A program made the translations under genes and the position numbers. From Methanomassiliicoccales archaeon (GTDB lineage: Archaea > Thermoplasmatota > Thermoplasmata > Methanomassiliicoccales > JAAEEP01), in assembly GCA_013415695.1 (NCBI GenBank), contig JAAEEP010000004.1:2324-66323 (forward strand): a DNA stretch of 64,000 nucleotides. Reading direction: 5' to 3'. Below, piece after piece: positions 47,079 through 57,237 of the stretch. The first letter of the stretch is position 1; each line of letters opens with the position of its first letter. A model generated the notes under the pieces. The model worked only from the letters and a program-made list of their open reading frames with translations. It had not been told where the DNA came from and did not search any database.

Positions 47079-47668
47079 ACATCACCATCGCCGATTACGG
47101 CGTGGGTAACCTCCACTCCATCCGAAAGGCGTTGGAGCTATGCGGTTCCAACCCCAGGGTAGAAAGGGATATGGACGCTATATTGAACGCGGAGTGCATC
47201 GTGTTTCCGGGGGTGGGCGCCTTTTCCAAGACGATGGAGAAACTGATCCCGTACCGGGACCAGATAGTAGATATGCTGAGCAATGGCACCCCCTGTCTGG
47301 GCATTTGCATCGGAGCTCAGATACTGTTCGAGGGAAGCGAAGAGGGTGACTCACCTGGACTGGGTTACTTCAAGGGCGAGGTCATACGCCTGGATGCGGA
47401 GAAGGTACCGCACATGGGCTGGAACCATGTGAGCTCGCAGGATCCTTTGTTCGATTCGATAGATTCAAGGTACTTCTACTTCGCTCACTCGTTCCACGGC
47501 AACCCTGATGAGGATGTCGTTGTTGGTAGCACCGATTACTACGTTGAATTTCCGTCAGCCTTCAGAAAAAGAAATGTCGTTGGAACCCAATTCCATCCAG
47601 AGAAGAGCAGTACCTCGGGGCTGAGGTTCCTGAGCAACTTCGTGGAGTTTGCGGGGGGTTGTCTGTGA
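47069..47668 (+). CDS. hisH: imidazole glycerol phosphate synthase, glutaminase subunit
   Basis: 199 aa with ITIADYGVGNLHS, GICIGAQ and FHPEKS. Confidence 0.95.
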   Translation: MPVNITIADYGVGNLHSIRKALELCGSNPRVERDMDAILNAECIVFPGVGAFSKTMEKLIPYRDQIVDMLSNGTPCLGICIGAQILFEGSEEGDSPGLGYFKGEVIRLDAEKVPHMGWNHVSSQDPLFDSIDSRYFYFAHSFHGNPDEDVVVGSTDYYVEFPSAFRKRNVVGTQFHPEKSSTSGLRFLSNFVEFAGGCL

Positions 47669-48375
47669 GAATACTTCCTGCCGTCGATATGCTGAACGGC
47701 AAGGTCGTGCAGCTCGTCGGCGGTGTTCCGGGAACGGAGAAGATAGTCCTGCCAGATCCAGTGGAGATGGCCCTCAAATGGGAGTCAATGGGAGCCCCTG
47801 GACTCCATGTGGTAGATCTGGATGGAGCTCTTGGAAAGGGAAACAACATCGAATCCATTAAGGATATCATCGAGAATGTTACCATCCCTGTCCAGGTTGG
47901 CGGAGGAATACGCAGCGACCGGCTGGTCGATGACCTGTTGGAGGTTGGTGCCCGCGCGATCGTGGTGGGAACCAAGGCAATAAAGGACCCTATTTGGCTG
48001 GCCAGGAACTCCGACGAACACCCCGGAAGGATAATACTCGCCTTGGATGTGAAGAGGGGAATGATCCAGGTCCGGGGATGGCAGGAGGACTCGGGCATCA
48101 CTCTGGAGGAGATGTTCCAGAGGATCGAGGATCTCCCGTTGTCGGGGGTACTGCACACCAATGTGGATGTCGAGGGAAGGGCAGAAGGGATAGCCTCCCA
48201 GGAGACTGCGGATTTCATCCGAAGGTGTCCCTTCCAAGTGATCGCCTCTGGCGGCATCTCCAGCATGGAGGATCTGTCGACTTTGGAGGAAATGGGCGCA
48301 GAGGCCGTGGTAATCGGGATAGCCCTCTACACGGGAAAGCTGGACCCAGAACAACTGTGGGGTGAAAGACCATGA
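47665..48375 (+). CDS. hisA: ProFAR isomerase HisA
   Basis: (V)RILPAVDMLNGKVVQL... The GTG at 47665 forms a GTGA overlap with the hisH stop. The ORF track starts at TTG 47659. Confidence 0.93.
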   Translation: MRILPAVDMLNGKVVQLVGGVPGTEKIVLPDPVEMALKWESMGAPGLHVVDLDGALGKGNNIESIKDIIENVTIPVQVGGGIRSDRLVDDLLEVGARAIVVGTKAIKDPIWLARNSDEHPGRIILALDVKRGMIQVRGWQEDSGITLEEMFQRIEDLPLSGVLHTNVDVEGRAEGIASQETADFIRRCPFQVIASGGISSMEDLSTLEEMGAEAVVIGIALYTGKLDPEQLWGERP

Positions 48376-48920
48376 GGAAGTCTGAGATGAGCAGAAGGAC
48401 CCGGGAGACCAACATTGATATCTCCCTCGTCCTGGACGGCAAGGGAGAAACGGATATCGAGTGTGAGGACCAGTTCCTCAGACACATGCTAGAGACGCTG
48501 GCCAAATACGCGTCCTTTGACCTGAGCGTCAGCGCGGTTGGGGACAACGATCACCACTTGATCGAGGACGTGGCCATCGTCCTGGGAAAGACTCTCAGGG
48601 ATGCTATGGGTGACACGCCCATCCAGAGGATCTCACACGCCATGGTTCCCATGGATGACGCCCTGGTCACAGTGGCAGTGGACCTTATCGATCGCCCCTA
48701 CGTTGACGTGGAGTGTCCCGATGCTTTGTATATCCACTTCTTCAGGAGCTTCGCGATGTCCTCGAGCATCACTATTCACACCATCCACGAGAGGGGTTTC
48801 GACGAACATCACGTCGTGGAGGCCACATTCAAGGCTCTAGGCTTGGCCCTTAAAGAAGCCCTGGCTCCAAGGGATGAGTTACTCAGCACTAAGGATGCCC
48901 CAGAAGTCAGGAGAAATTAA
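48372..48920 (+). CDS. hisB: imidazoleglycerol-phosphate dehydratase (monofunctional)
   Basis: 182 aa with RRTRETNI and [13 protein letters not shown]. It has an ATGA overlap with hisA. Confidence 0.95.
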   Translation: MRKSEMSRRTRETNIDISLVLDGKGETDIECEDQFLRHMLETLAKYASFDLSVSAVGDNDHHLIEDVAIVLGKTLRDAMGDTPIQRISHAMVPMDDALVTVAVDLIDRPYVDVECPDALYIHFFRSFAMSSSITIHTIHERGFDEHHVVEATFKALGLALKEALAPRDELLSTKDAPEVRRN

Positions 48921-48921
48921 T

Positions 48922-49677
48922 ATGCTAACCAAAAGGATAATCCCTTGCCTGGATGTGAAGGATGGCAAGGTGGTCAAGGGGATCAAGTTCAAGAACCTCA
49001 AGGGAGTGGGCGATCCTGCTGAAAGGGCTGTTGAGTACGAGAAACAGGGAGCGGACGAGATCGTTTTCCTGGACATCTCTGCCTCCCTGGAGAAGAGGGG
49101 GACCATGCTCAAGGTCGTCGAGAGGACCGCTGAGAAGCTTTTCGTACCCCTTGCTGTGGGAGGCGGTATCCGAAGTAAAGAGGATATGAGGGATGCTTTG
49201 AACGCGGGAGCCGACAAGGTTTCCATAAACTCATTCGCGGTCGCGGAGCCAGAGGTCATTCCCCTCTGCGCTGAGGACTTCGGCAGCCAGTGTGTGGTAA
49301 TCGCCATAGATGGCAAGAGAGAGGGAGACTCCTGGAAGGTTTGGACACATGGAGGCACCCGACGCACTGAAATAGATGCCGTTGAATGGGCCGGCCGTGT
49401 GGAAGACCTGGGAGCAGGGGAGATCCTGCTGACATCAATGGATGCCGACGGAACCCAGAACGGATACGACATCGATCTCACGGCGGCGGTCGCGGACGAG
49501 GTCAACATACCCGTCATCGCCTCCGGTGGCTGCGGGAGCATCGAACACATCTACGAGGTGTTCGCCAGGACCCGGGCGGACGCCGCCCTGGCGGCTTCTA
49601 TATTCCACTACGACACCCACACTGTAGGTGAGGTCAAGGAGTATCTCAAGGATAGAGGGGTGAGGGTTAGGCCATGA
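48922..49677 (+). CDS. hisF: imidazole glycerol phosphate synthase, cyclase subunit
   Basis: [20 protein letters not shown] is the canonical HisF N-terminus. The ORF-track start at 48874 would overlap hisB and is rejected. Confidence 0.95.
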   Translation: MLTKRIIPCLDVKDGKVVKGIKFKNLKGVGDPAERAVEYEKQGADEIVFLDISASLEKRGTMLKVVERTAEKLFVPLAVGGGIRSKEDMRDALNAGADKVSINSFAVAEPEVIPLCAEDFGSQCVVIAIDGKREGDSWKVWTHGGTRRTEIDAVEWAGRVEDLGAGEILLTSMDADGTQNGYDIDLTAAVADEVNIPVIASGGCGSIEHIYEVFARTRADAALAASIFHYDTHTVGEVKEYLKDRGVRVRP

Positions 49678-50276
49678 CCATGCTGGAATTCGATGAGAAG
49701 GGTCTCATACCAGTTATCGTCCAGGATATGCACACCAACGAGGTCCTTATGCATGCATACACCAACCAGGAGGCTTTTGACCTCATGCTGGAGACCGGGA
49801 AGACTCACTTCTGGTCGCGCTCAAGAGAGGAGCTGTGGATGAAGGGTGAGACCTCTGGTAATGTCCAGGATATAGCCTCCATTCAGACGGACTGCGACCA
49901 GGATACCCTTCTGGTGAGGGTCGATCAAACGGGACACGCGTGTCACACCGGACGCCATTCCTGTTTCGCCGAGATCCTATATGGGGATATCAAGGACACC
50001 GCTGCAATAGTCCCTGAGTTGATGAGGGTCATAAAGGACAGGAAGGAGAATCCAGTCGAGGGCAGCTACACATGCAAGCTGTTCAAGGACGAGGATAAGA
50101 TGCTGAAGAAGGTCATAGAGGAGGCAGGTGAGCTGGCCATCGCCGCCAAGGGTGATAATCCAGAGGAGATAGCCTGGGAGACCGCTGACCTCATATACCA
50201 CCTGCTTGTGCTTCTTGAGGGCAAGGACGTTCCCCTGGAGAAAGTATTCGAGAAGTTATCGGAGAGAAGAAAATGA
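49674..50276 (+). CDS. hisIE: bifunctional phosphoribosyl-AMP cyclohydrolase / phosphoribosyl-ATP pyrophosphatase
   Basis: 200 aa. The N-terminal half is HisI-like (GLIPVIVQD...FWSRSR..LW.KGETSGN...DCDQD). The C-terminal half is HisE-like (EEAGELAIA...[13 protein letters not shown]). Confidence 0.93.
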   Translation: MTMLEFDEKGLIPVIVQDMHTNEVLMHAYTNQEAFDLMLETGKTHFWSRSREELWMKGETSGNVQDIASIQTDCDQDTLLVRVDQTGHACHTGRHSCFAEILYGDIKDTAAIVPELMRVIKDRKENPVEGSYTCKLFKDEDKMLKKVIEEAGELAIAAKGDNPEEIAWETADLIYHLLVLLEGKDVPLEKVFEKLSERRK

Positions 50277-50932
50277 GAATCGACCTTCATACACACACCC
50301 TGCTCAGCGATGGAGACCTGCTTCCAATAGAACTGGCCAGGAGGGCTGATGTAAAGGGCATTAAGGGAATAGCGTTCACCGACCATGTCTCACTCTCGAC
50401 CATCGACAGGGTGATCGAGGAGACGGCCAAGGACTGCCAACTGGCTGAATCATGGGATATAGAGACCGTTCTTGGAGTGGAGATAACCCATGTCCCGGCG
50501 AACAGGATCGATGACCTGGTTTCCAGAGCCCGAAGATTGGGGGCGGAACTTGTGGTGGTCCACGGGGAATCATTGGCAGAGCCCACTGAACCAGGGACCA
50601 ACCTGATGGCTGTGAAGAACCCCGAGGTCGATATCCTTGCACATCCTGGTCTCATCACAATTGAGGAAGCACAGCTTGCCAAGGACAACAGTATTACCCT
50701 TGAGATCTCCTCCAGGAGAGGACACTGCCTGACCAATGGGCATGTTGCGCTTCGGGCGCTCGAGGTAGGAGCCGGAATGGTCGTGAATACCGACGCCCAT
50801 AGCTACTCCGACCTCATAACCCAGGAGAGGGCAGAGCTAGTAGCCAAAGGTGCAGGACTATCCGAGAATGAAGTGAAGCGGGCGGTCATAGACAATCCAC
50901 AAGAGATACTGCGGAGGATCCGGGGCCGATGA
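50273..50932 (+). CDS. PHP-family metal-dependent phosphoesterase, probable histidinol-phosphatase (by operon context)
   Basis: 219 aa. Has [14 protein letters not shown] (PHP motif I) plus FTDH, VHGE, AHPG and NTDAH metal-ligand motifs. It is translationally coupled to hisIE and lysC. Confidence 0.65.
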   Translation: MRIDLHTHTLLSDGDLLPIELARRADVKGIKGIAFTDHVSLSTIDRVIEETAKDCQLAESWDIETVLGVEITHVPANRIDDLVSRARRLGAELVVVHGESLAEPTEPGTNLMAVKNPEVDILAHPGLITIEEAQLAKDNSITLEISSRRGHCLTNGHVALRALEVGAGMVVNTDAHSYSDLITQERAELVAKGAGLSENEVKRAVIDNPQEILRRIRGR

Positions 50933-52305
50933 AGATAATGAAGTTCGGTGGGTCATCCTTGAAGGACGCCGAGGCCATGCTCAGGGTCGGCGAGATCGTC
51001 ACCTCGGATCCAGAGCCAAAGGTAGTGGTGGTAAGCGCTGTCCAATCAGTGACGGACATGCTCATCAACTTCGTCTCGGAGATGCGTTCGGAGCAGGATA
51101 TCCAGGAATTCCTTCGACAATTGAAGGATAAGCACGTCTCCCTTCTCCGTGATATTTCCACCAGCATGGGGACCAAACAGGAGACCATCTCCCTGTTGAT
51201 GGAGAAGCTGGTCAAGCTGGAGAGGGTCCTCTACGGGATCTGCTACTTAGAGGAGCTCACCCCCAGGACCATGGACTTGGTCCAGAGCTTCGGGGAGAGG
51301 CTCTCCGTGATACTTGTTTCCGCGATGCTCCAGGACATGGGTGTTAACGCGGTTCCTATCATGGCAGATGAAATAGGAATCATTTCAGACGGCCACTATG
51401 GCTCCGCTAGTGCGAACCTGACGGCCACCCGGGAAAATGTGGGTAGAAAGATCAGGGCAATGATAGAGAAGAATGAGGTTCCTGTGGTCACCGGTTTCTT
51501 CGGAGTGACCGAGGACGGGCACGTCACGGTGTTCGGGAGAAACGGGACTGACTATAGCGCCAGCGTAATCGGGTACGCCATCGAGGCGGACGATGTGGAG
51601 ATCTGGAAGGATGTTGACGGCTTCATGAGCGTTGACCCAAGGGTTATACCAGAGGCCGTTCCGATAGCGGAGCTGTCCTATGAGGAGGCCGCCGAGTTAT
51701 CATATTTCGGAGCGAGGGTCCTTCACCCTCGTACTGTAGAACCTGCGAGAGAGGCGGGAATTAAGATCAGGCTGATGAACGTGTTCGCACCAGGAGGCGG
51801 AGGTACAGTCATCCATGGCAGAGCAGAGTACATCCCGAACACCATAAAGAGCATCTCGTGCATGGAGGACATGGTAATCATCAAGGCGTACGGCGTGGGA
51901 ATAGGGGCGAGGTACGGGGTCATGGCCGAGCTATCCGGAGTCCTCCGCGACCTAAGGGTCAACATATACTCCGCCGCCACATCTCAGACCTGCGTTTCCC
52001 TTCTTATTGATAGCAATGATATTGAAAGAGTGAGAGGTTTCCTTTCAACACTGACCCGAGGAGTGCTTGATCGGTTCGAGATAATCGAGGATATGGCACT
52101 GGTGTGCGTGGTAGGAGAGGGTATTGGATACAGTCAAGGAGTGGCAGCCAGGGTATGCAATTCTGTGGCCGAGAAGGGTGTAAACATTAGCATGATCTCA
52201 GCCGGTGCATCCATGGTAGCCTACTGCTTTATCGTGAAGAAGAAAGATATTGATGAGGCGACTCTAGCAATCCATTCCGAATTCTTCGGTGATGATCATG
52301 AGTGA
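50929..52305 (+). CDS. lysC: aspartate kinase with C-terminal ACT domains
   Basis: 458 aa with [11 protein letters not shown] and VVVVSAV, and tandem ACT-like C-terminal repeats. Confidence 0.92.
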   Translation: MKIMKFGGSSLKDAEAMLRVGEIVTSDPEPKVVVVSAVQSVTDMLINFVSEMRSEQDIQEFLRQLKDKHVSLLRDISTSMGTKQETISLLMEKLVKLERVLYGICYLEELTPRTMDLVQSFGERLSVILVSAMLQDMGVNAVPIMADEIGIISDGHYGSASANLTATRENVGRKIRAMIEKNEVPVVTGFFGVTEDGHVTVFGRNGTDYSASVIGYAIEADDVEIWKDVDGFMSVDPRVIPEAVPIAELSYEEAAELSYFGARVLHPRTVEPAREAGIKIRLMNVFAPGGGGTVIHGRAEYIPNTIKSISCMEDMVIIKAYGVGIGARYGVMAELSGVLRDLRVNIYSAATSQTCVSLLIDSNDIERVRGFLSTLTRGVLDRFEIIEDMALVCVVGEGIGYSQGVAARVCNSVAEKGVNISMISAGASMVAYCFIVKKKDIDEATLAIHSEFFGDDHE

Positions 52306-53140
52306 AAAGGTGACCGTGGCATTCCAGGGCGTTCCAGGCGCCTTCAGTGAGGATGCCGCCTACCGATACTTCGGCAATGGGGTCGAACCAGTCCCATGCG
52401 CTGAGTTCAACGAGGTCTTCAACCGGGTTGCCCGAGGCGAGGTCGATTTCGGAATTGTCCCGGTGGAGAACACCTTGGAAGGAAGCGTGAGTCAGGTGAA
52501 TGCTCTGCTTCTTGACAATGACCTCACCGTGGTGGGAGAGGAGATCATCCAGGTTGTCCACTGCCTCATCGGACACCCGGGTACATCACAGGGGGATATC
52601 AGGAAAGTATACAGCCACCCGCAGGCGCTGGCCCAGTGTCGCAACTTCTTAGAGAAACATCCCAATTGGGAGAAGATACCAGCATATGATACCGCCGGGG
52701 CTGTTAAGCAGCTCAAGGAACGGGGACAGAAGGATGAAGTTGCGGTGGCTAGCAGCAGAGCTGCCTCCGCATATGATATGGAGGTTCTCAGGGAGGGGAT
52801 CCAGGACAGCGATCGCAACTACACTAGATTCTTTGTTCTGGAGAAAAGGGCCTCGTTCCTGGAGGAAGGGGGCAAGACCTCGCTCATTTTCGCCACAAAA
52901 GATCTTCCTGGAGCCCTTCACCATTGCCTTGGTGCTTTCGCGGAGCGCGGCGTGAACATGACCAAACTGGAGTCCCGACCCCGGAGGGATCGTTTCTGGG
53001 AATACGTCTTCTTCGTTGACATCGATGGACATGCTGATGACGAGACGATCAGCAAGGCGCTGGCAGATCTGGTAAGAAGGGCTGCGTTCGTCAAGGTGCT
53101 CGGCTCCTACAAGGGTGCTGAACGCCCCTATGAGAAGTGA
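52289..53140 (+). CDS. pheA: prephenate dehydratase with ACT domain (no chorismate mutase domain)
   Basis: 283 aa with VAFQGVPGAFSE, NYTRFFVL and LESRP. The start may be the ATG at 52298. Confidence 0.92.
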   Translation: MMIMSEKVTVAFQGVPGAFSEDAAYRYFGNGVEPVPCAEFNEVFNRVARGEVDFGIVPVENTLEGSVSQVNALLLDNDLTVVGEEIIQVVHCLIGHPGTSQGDIRKVYSHPQALAQCRNFLEKHPNWEKIPAYDTAGAVKQLKERGQKDEVAVASSRAASAYDMEVLREGIQDSDRNYTRFFVLEKRASFLEEGGKTSLIFATKDLPGALHHCLGAFAERGVNMTKLESRPRRDRFWEYVFFVDIDGHADDETISKALADLVRRAAFVKVLGSYKGAERPYEK

Positions 53141-54195
53141 TTCAGAGCCAATGATATGTTTCGTAATCCCCTGGCAAACTCCTCTGGAGGACAGGAGAAA
53201 GTTACCCTTATCTGGCCTTCAACTCCAAAGTATCTTCCAGGGCACACCGCGGTATCAAGATCCCTTAACAGGAACTCGCTGAACTCGATGTCATCGACCC
53301 CTTTCGGCAGGGGAAGGAGAAACATGAACCCCCCTTCGGGCATCATGAAGGTTACGCGCGTCTCAATCCTTGCCCAATCACTAAGGACTTCCAGATTCTC
53401 TTGGGCTATTGAAAGCATTCTGTCCCTGAACCACTGTCTCCTCTCCAAAGCCTGGATCGTGACGGCCAGTGAGTAGGCTGGCAGGTGAGATAAGATGGCC
53501 AGCCTGCACAGCTCAACTTCCCTAGCCACATCCTCCGGGCCTATGACCCAACCCACACGCAGGTCACCTAATCCATAGAGCTTGGTCATACCGTTGGTTA
53601 CTATCGCATTCTCTCCAAGCTCGAATGCACCCCTGGGTGGCTGGGAGTAACACATTTCCCGGTAAATCTCATCACAGAGCACCATCGCTCCTTTATCCTC
53701 TGCGACGTTCAGGATGGCTTTCAATTCCTCATCATCGAGGGCAGCGCCGCTAGGATTGTGGAGGTTTGTAATCATCACCATTCTCGACCCGCTGGTGAGA
53801 ACATCGTTAAGCTGATCCATGGTAGGCCGGTACTGGTTCTCCAGCGTCCGAGGCAGGTTTCGTATACGGCATACCTGCTGCGCTACTTTCAGCATCGGTT
53901 CGTATATGGGGTGCTCTGCCGCTATCATGTCATCCTCGTTCAGCTGGGTCATGAGCACCAGCGAATTGGCGTTTTGAGCACCGAAGGTGAGGGCTATCCT
54001 TTCGGTTCCCACACCGTAAAGGCGGGAGAGCAACTCTACTAGCTCCTCCTCTAATTCCACCAGGTCCGATCCTTCCTCGAATTCTGGGTGGAAATCATCA
54101 TATGGTGCGGGAGCCCCGCTCACATCCAGGTTGGTACCCACCCCTCTCCACTTGTGGAACCATTCCTCGAGTCCAAGAGGTTCGAACCTCATCAT
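53128..54195 (-). CDS. class I/II PLP-dependent aminotransferase (specificity unknown, possibly aromatic/aspartate)
   Basis: 355 aa with NLHNPSG and the PLP-lysine region TNGMTKLYGLGDLRVGW. It is convergent with pheA, with a 13-nt overlap. Confidence 0.75.
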   Translation of the reverse strand: MMRFEPLGLEEWFHKWRGVGTNLDVSGAPAPYDDFHPEFEEGSDLVELEEELVELLSRLYGVGTERIALTFGAQNANSLVLMTQLNEDDMIAAEHPIYEPMLKVAQQVCRIRNLPRTLENQYRPTMDQLNDVLTSGSRMVMITNLHNPSGAALDDEELKAILNVAEDKGAMVLCDEIYREMCYSQPPRGAFELGENAIVTNGMTKLYGLGDLRVGWVIGPEDVAREVELCRLAILSHLPAYSLAVTIQALERRQWFRDRMLSIAQENLEVLSDWARIETRVTFMMPEGGFMFLLPLPKGVDDIEFSEFLLRDLDTAVCPGRYFGVEGQIRVTFSCPPEEFARGLRNISLALNHFS

Positions 54196-54743
54196 CTCCT
54201 CCGGATGATGTCCCCCACCGTCCTGAAGTCGCCGCCCCAGTACATGAGCAGCCTCTCCCGGTCATAATCAGCGTCTACCCAAGCGTGAACAACTTCCCCA
54301 AAGAACCAGGTATGGTCCCCAATGTCCACGACATCGGTTTTTCTGCACTCGAAGTTGACAGGACACTCCAGGATTATGGGCGAGGTCACTTCTACCCCTT
54401 CTTGTATGGACAATCCGGATTCTAGGAACTTGTCTGTGTTCCTGCCCGAACTTACCCCGCAGAAAATCGCCTCCTCAACCAGGTCCTTCGTGGGTACATT
54501 GACCGTAAAGTCTGGTGAACAATGGAACAGTTCGTGGCTGTACCTTGAAGGCGAAATACCTACACCTATGATGGTGGGTCGGAACGAGAAGACATGCATA
54601 AGACCGAGGGTGATGACATTCTTGTCCTCTCCCCCAACGGCTGCTAGTACCACCGGAAATGAAGGGAACTTCTTGATGCCTTCAACTGGATTGACCTCGT
54701 TTTTCTGTCCCATGAAATCCCAATTCATGATAAATTGAACCAT
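54192..54743 (-). CDS. flavin reductase-like (FMN-binding split-barrel, flavoredoxin-type) protein
   Basis: 183 aa. The VITLGLMHVFSFRPTIIGVGISPSRYSHELF and DHTWFFGEVVHA blocks are typical of the Flavin_Reduct domain. It has an ATGA overlap with the downstream aminotransferase. Confidence 0.7.
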   Translation of the reverse strand: MVQFIMNWDFMGQKNEVNPVEGIKKFPSFPVVLAAVGGEDKNVITLGLMHVFSFRPTIIGVGISPSRYSHELFHCSPDFTVNVPTKDLVEEAIFCGVSSGRNTDKFLESGLSIQEGVEVTSPIILECPVNFECRKTDVVDIGDHTWFFGEVVHAWVDADYDRERLLMYWGGDFRTVGDIIRRR

Positions 54744-54826
54744 TCAAAATTCTTTCTGTTCTAACATCTGTAAGAAACGAATAATTTGCTATTTCGCTGA
54801 ATTGCTACGAAATATGTTCTAGAGTA

Positions 54827-55300
54827 ATGGACTTCGATGTTTTTCAGGTGTTCAATCGAGAAACGGACTCGATTTCGAATGGATACATTTATCTCACATG
54901 GACTGAGATTGACAGATGTTTGGTGGATCCAATGGGGGTCATTGAGGAGAGAGCAAAGAACCTTAAGCCAGGTGAGGAAATATTCATCTATAAAGGTGAG
55001 ATCGAAGAACCCCTAATCGGCTGGAACAAAGCCATTATTGCCATCCCTCACGAGGGAAGCAAGGCTTCATACCGAAAGGGGAGGTTGCACATGCATGATA
55101 TGGGGGATTACTACGCCGTACATGTGGACCGAATAGACCCAAAGGAAGATCCGGTTGGACATCTCAAGGACGATGCTCCGGAAACCCTGGCTATGGGTGT
55201 TGTTGGTTCTGTGACGGCATACCCACTTCTCCTTTACAGCACTAAGAAAAAGGAGAAGGCGAAGAAAAAGGAAAGTGCGAAAAGGACGAGCGATCAGTAA
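54827..55300 (+). CDS. hypothetical protein with C-terminal TM segment and Lys-rich tail
   Basis: 157-aa ORF in an otherwise empty interval. It has a His-rich block (RLHMHDMGDYYAVHVD), a TM-like LAMGVVGSVTAYPLLLY, then KKKEKAKKKESAKR. I do not recognise a family. Confidence 0.45.
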   Translation: MDFDVFQVFNRETDSISNGYIYLTWTEIDRCLVDPMGVIEERAKNLKPGEEIFIYKGEIEEPLIGWNKAIIAIPHEGSKASYRKGRLHMHDMGDYYAVHVDRIDPKEDPVGHLKDDAPETLAMGVVGSVTAYPLLLYSTKKKEKAKKKESAKRTSDQ

Positions 55301-55833
55301 TTGATAGTGCTCTCGATGACCTCTCCAAGTGACCAGTACTCGCCTCCCCAGTAGAGTATCGTGTCCTTCTTATCATACTTGGTTACGATATCCGCGTGCA
55401 CTACTTCGGCCAGGAACCACTCGTGATCCCCGATCCTCATCTTTTCCTTCTTCTTACACTCGATGTTTATCAAGCATTCTCTTATCTTAGGGGACTTAGT
55501 CCTCTTCCCAGGAACAGGTGTAAGACCGGTCTCATCGAACTTCGCGATATCCTTACCTGACTTCTCGCCGCAGATCTTCACTGCTTCTATCAGCTCCTTG
55601 CCAGGGACGTTCAACGTGAAGTCCGGCGTCTCCATGATAAGCTTGTAGCTGTGCCTTCCGGTCTTGATCCCAATTCCAACTGTGAGCGGCAGGAAGGAGA
55701 ACACGCCGAACATGCCAATGGAGATGATGTTAGGGCTCTCCTCCCCCACGGCCAGCAAGAATACCTGTGATGGCGGTAGCGACATTATCGCGTCGGACCA
55801 CCCGATGTCCACCTTCTCATATCGATCTTCCAT
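55294..55833 (-). CDS. flavin reductase-like protein, paralogue of 54192..54743
   Basis: Colinear with the paralogue from MEDRYEKVDIG... (IISIGMFGVFSFLPLTVGIGIKTGRHSYKLI; DHEWFLAEVVHA). The ORF-track N-terminal extension to 55983 would overlap the MTAP start and is rejected. Confidence 0.7.
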   Translation of the reverse strand: MEDRYEKVDIGWSDAIMSLPPSQVFLLAVGEESPNIISIGMFGVFSFLPLTVGIGIKTGRHSYKLIMETPDFTLNVPGKELIEAVKICGEKSGKDIAKFDETGLTPVPGKRTKSPKIRECLINIECKKKEKMRIGDHEWFLAEVVHADIVTKYDKKDTILYWGGEYWSLGEVIESTINY

Positions 55834-55960
55834 TCGAAACCCTGGGAATAAAGTGGAGCTCGGTCTAGAAAAATGCTTTCCCGAAACACCTGTTATTGCG
55901 GTGGACAATGATTGCGACAAACATTTAAGTGGCTCCCGGTCTACCAGGGCCGGTGAGAGG

Positions 55961-56746
55961 ATGAACGTGAAGATAGGCATCATAGGTGGATCGGGTGTCT
56001 ACGACCCGGAGGTTTTCGAGGTCAAGGAGGAGGTGACGATGTCCACGCCTTATGGAGAAACCTCGGACAAGATCATACTGGGAGAACTGGAGGGGGTTGG
56101 TGTGGCATTCATCCCCAGACATGGCAAGGGGCATAGGATCCCTCCCCATATGGTGAACTCGAGGGCAAACATATGGGCACTGAAGGAGCTGGGAGTTGAT
56201 AGGGTCATATCACCTTGTGCCGTTGGTTCCGAGAATGAGGAATACAAACCAGGAGATCTGGTCATCGTAGACCAGTTCATCGATTTCACCAAGAAGAGGA
56301 ATTACACCTTCTATGACGGCCCCAAGACGATTCACGTTGGAATGGCCGACCCATTCTGTCCCGAACTGAGGGAGATATTCATACGGGAGGCCGAATCCAT
56401 GGGCTTGCAGTACCATTCAACTGGAACTTACATCTGTATTGAAGGGCCCAGATTCTCCACCAGGGCAGAGAGTATAATGTTCAAGAATTTCGCCGACATC
56501 ATTGGTATGACCCTCGTACCGGAATGCCAGCTTGCAAGAGAGCTTGAGATGTGCTACGTGAGCCTCGCAATGATCACCGATTATGATACTTGGGCAGATC
56601 ATCCCGTAGATACTGCCACGGTACTTTCCACTATGGCTGATAACCTGGATAAGATCCGAGAGATTTTAAAGAGAACCTTGCCCTCGATACCGGAGAAAAG
56701 GGCGAAATGCGAGTGCCCCCACACCTTGGACCTAGCTGGTGCCTGA
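55961..56746 (+). CDS. mtnP: S-methyl-5'-thioadenosine phosphorylase (PNP family 2)
   Basis: MNVKIGIIGGSGVYDP..., AFIPRHGKGHRIPPH and GMTLVPE are typical of MTAP. RBS GGTGAGAGG lies directly upstream of the ATG at 55961. The ORF-track start at 55664 is rejected. Confidence 0.9.
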   Translation: MNVKIGIIGGSGVYDPEVFEVKEEVTMSTPYGETSDKIILGELEGVGVAFIPRHGKGHRIPPHMVNSRANIWALKELGVDRVISPCAVGSENEEYKPGDLVIVDQFIDFTKKRNYTFYDGPKTIHVGMADPFCPELREIFIREAESMGLQYHSTGTYICIEGPRFSTRAESIMFKNFADIIGMTLVPECQLARELEMCYVSLAMITDYDTWADHPVDTATVLSTMADNLDKIREILKRTLPSIPEKRAKCECPHTLDLAGA

Positions 56747-56747
56747 T

Positions 56748-57131
56748 TCACACCCCTATGAAATCGGCGTAGTCCTCCGCGTCCATCAGTTCGTCTAACT
56801 CATCCTCGTACTCTATCCTGATGATCGCGAACCAACCCTTGTCGTAGGGACTCTCATTGATGAACTGGGGGGAGTCTTCCAGCTCTGAGTTGACCTCGAT
56901 GACCACTCCTGATACCGGCGTGTATACATCTGCCACCGTCTTCACACTCTCAATTGCGCCAATGGTTTCTCCCTTCTTGACCTTCCGTCCCACTTCAGGA
57001 ACCTCGGCATAAAGAATATCGTTCATCTCCTTCTGGGCGTGGTCGGTGATGCCTACCTTTCCGATATCCCCTTCCACCTTGATCCACTCATGTTCTTCGC
57101 TGTAAAGAAGACCATCTCTGACCTCGCTCAT
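56748..57131 (-). CDS. gcvH: glycine cleavage system H protein (lipoyl carrier)
   Basis: 127 aa with EEHEWIKVEG and the lipoyl-lysine motif ESVKTVADVY. Confidence 0.92.
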   Translation of the reverse strand: MSEVRDGLLYSEEHEWIKVEGDIGKVGITDHAQKEMNDILYAEVPEVGRKVKKGETIGAIESVKTVADVYTPVSGVVIEVNSELEDSPQFINESPYDKGWFAIIRIEYEDELDELMDAEDYADFIGV

Positions 57132-57237
57132 AGTAATCCAGCTCCTTCAGGCATATCAATTAGGATTTCCTTAAACGTTGTGCAGACTCGGGTTCCTGCA
57201 GAAGATTTTTATATCTATCAGCTGGTCAAATGCCCCG

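Noticed and set aside
47562-49550. Long antisense ORFs (47562..48266, 47785..48354 and 48879..49550, minus strand) across hisA, hisB and hisF.
   Set aside because: They lie opposite strongly supported his genes. Their Ser/Pro/Thr-rich composition is typical of antisense frames in moderately GC-rich DNA, and they have no start context.
55664-55960. N-terminal extensions in the ORF track: MTAP from 55664, flavin reductase to 55983, hisF from 48874, hypF from 57178, cobT from 60811, and the zinc-ribbon protein from 8017.
   Set aside because: The extensions overlap neighbouring genes or precede canonical family N-termini, which have their own ATG and purine-rich RBS. I used the shorter gene models.
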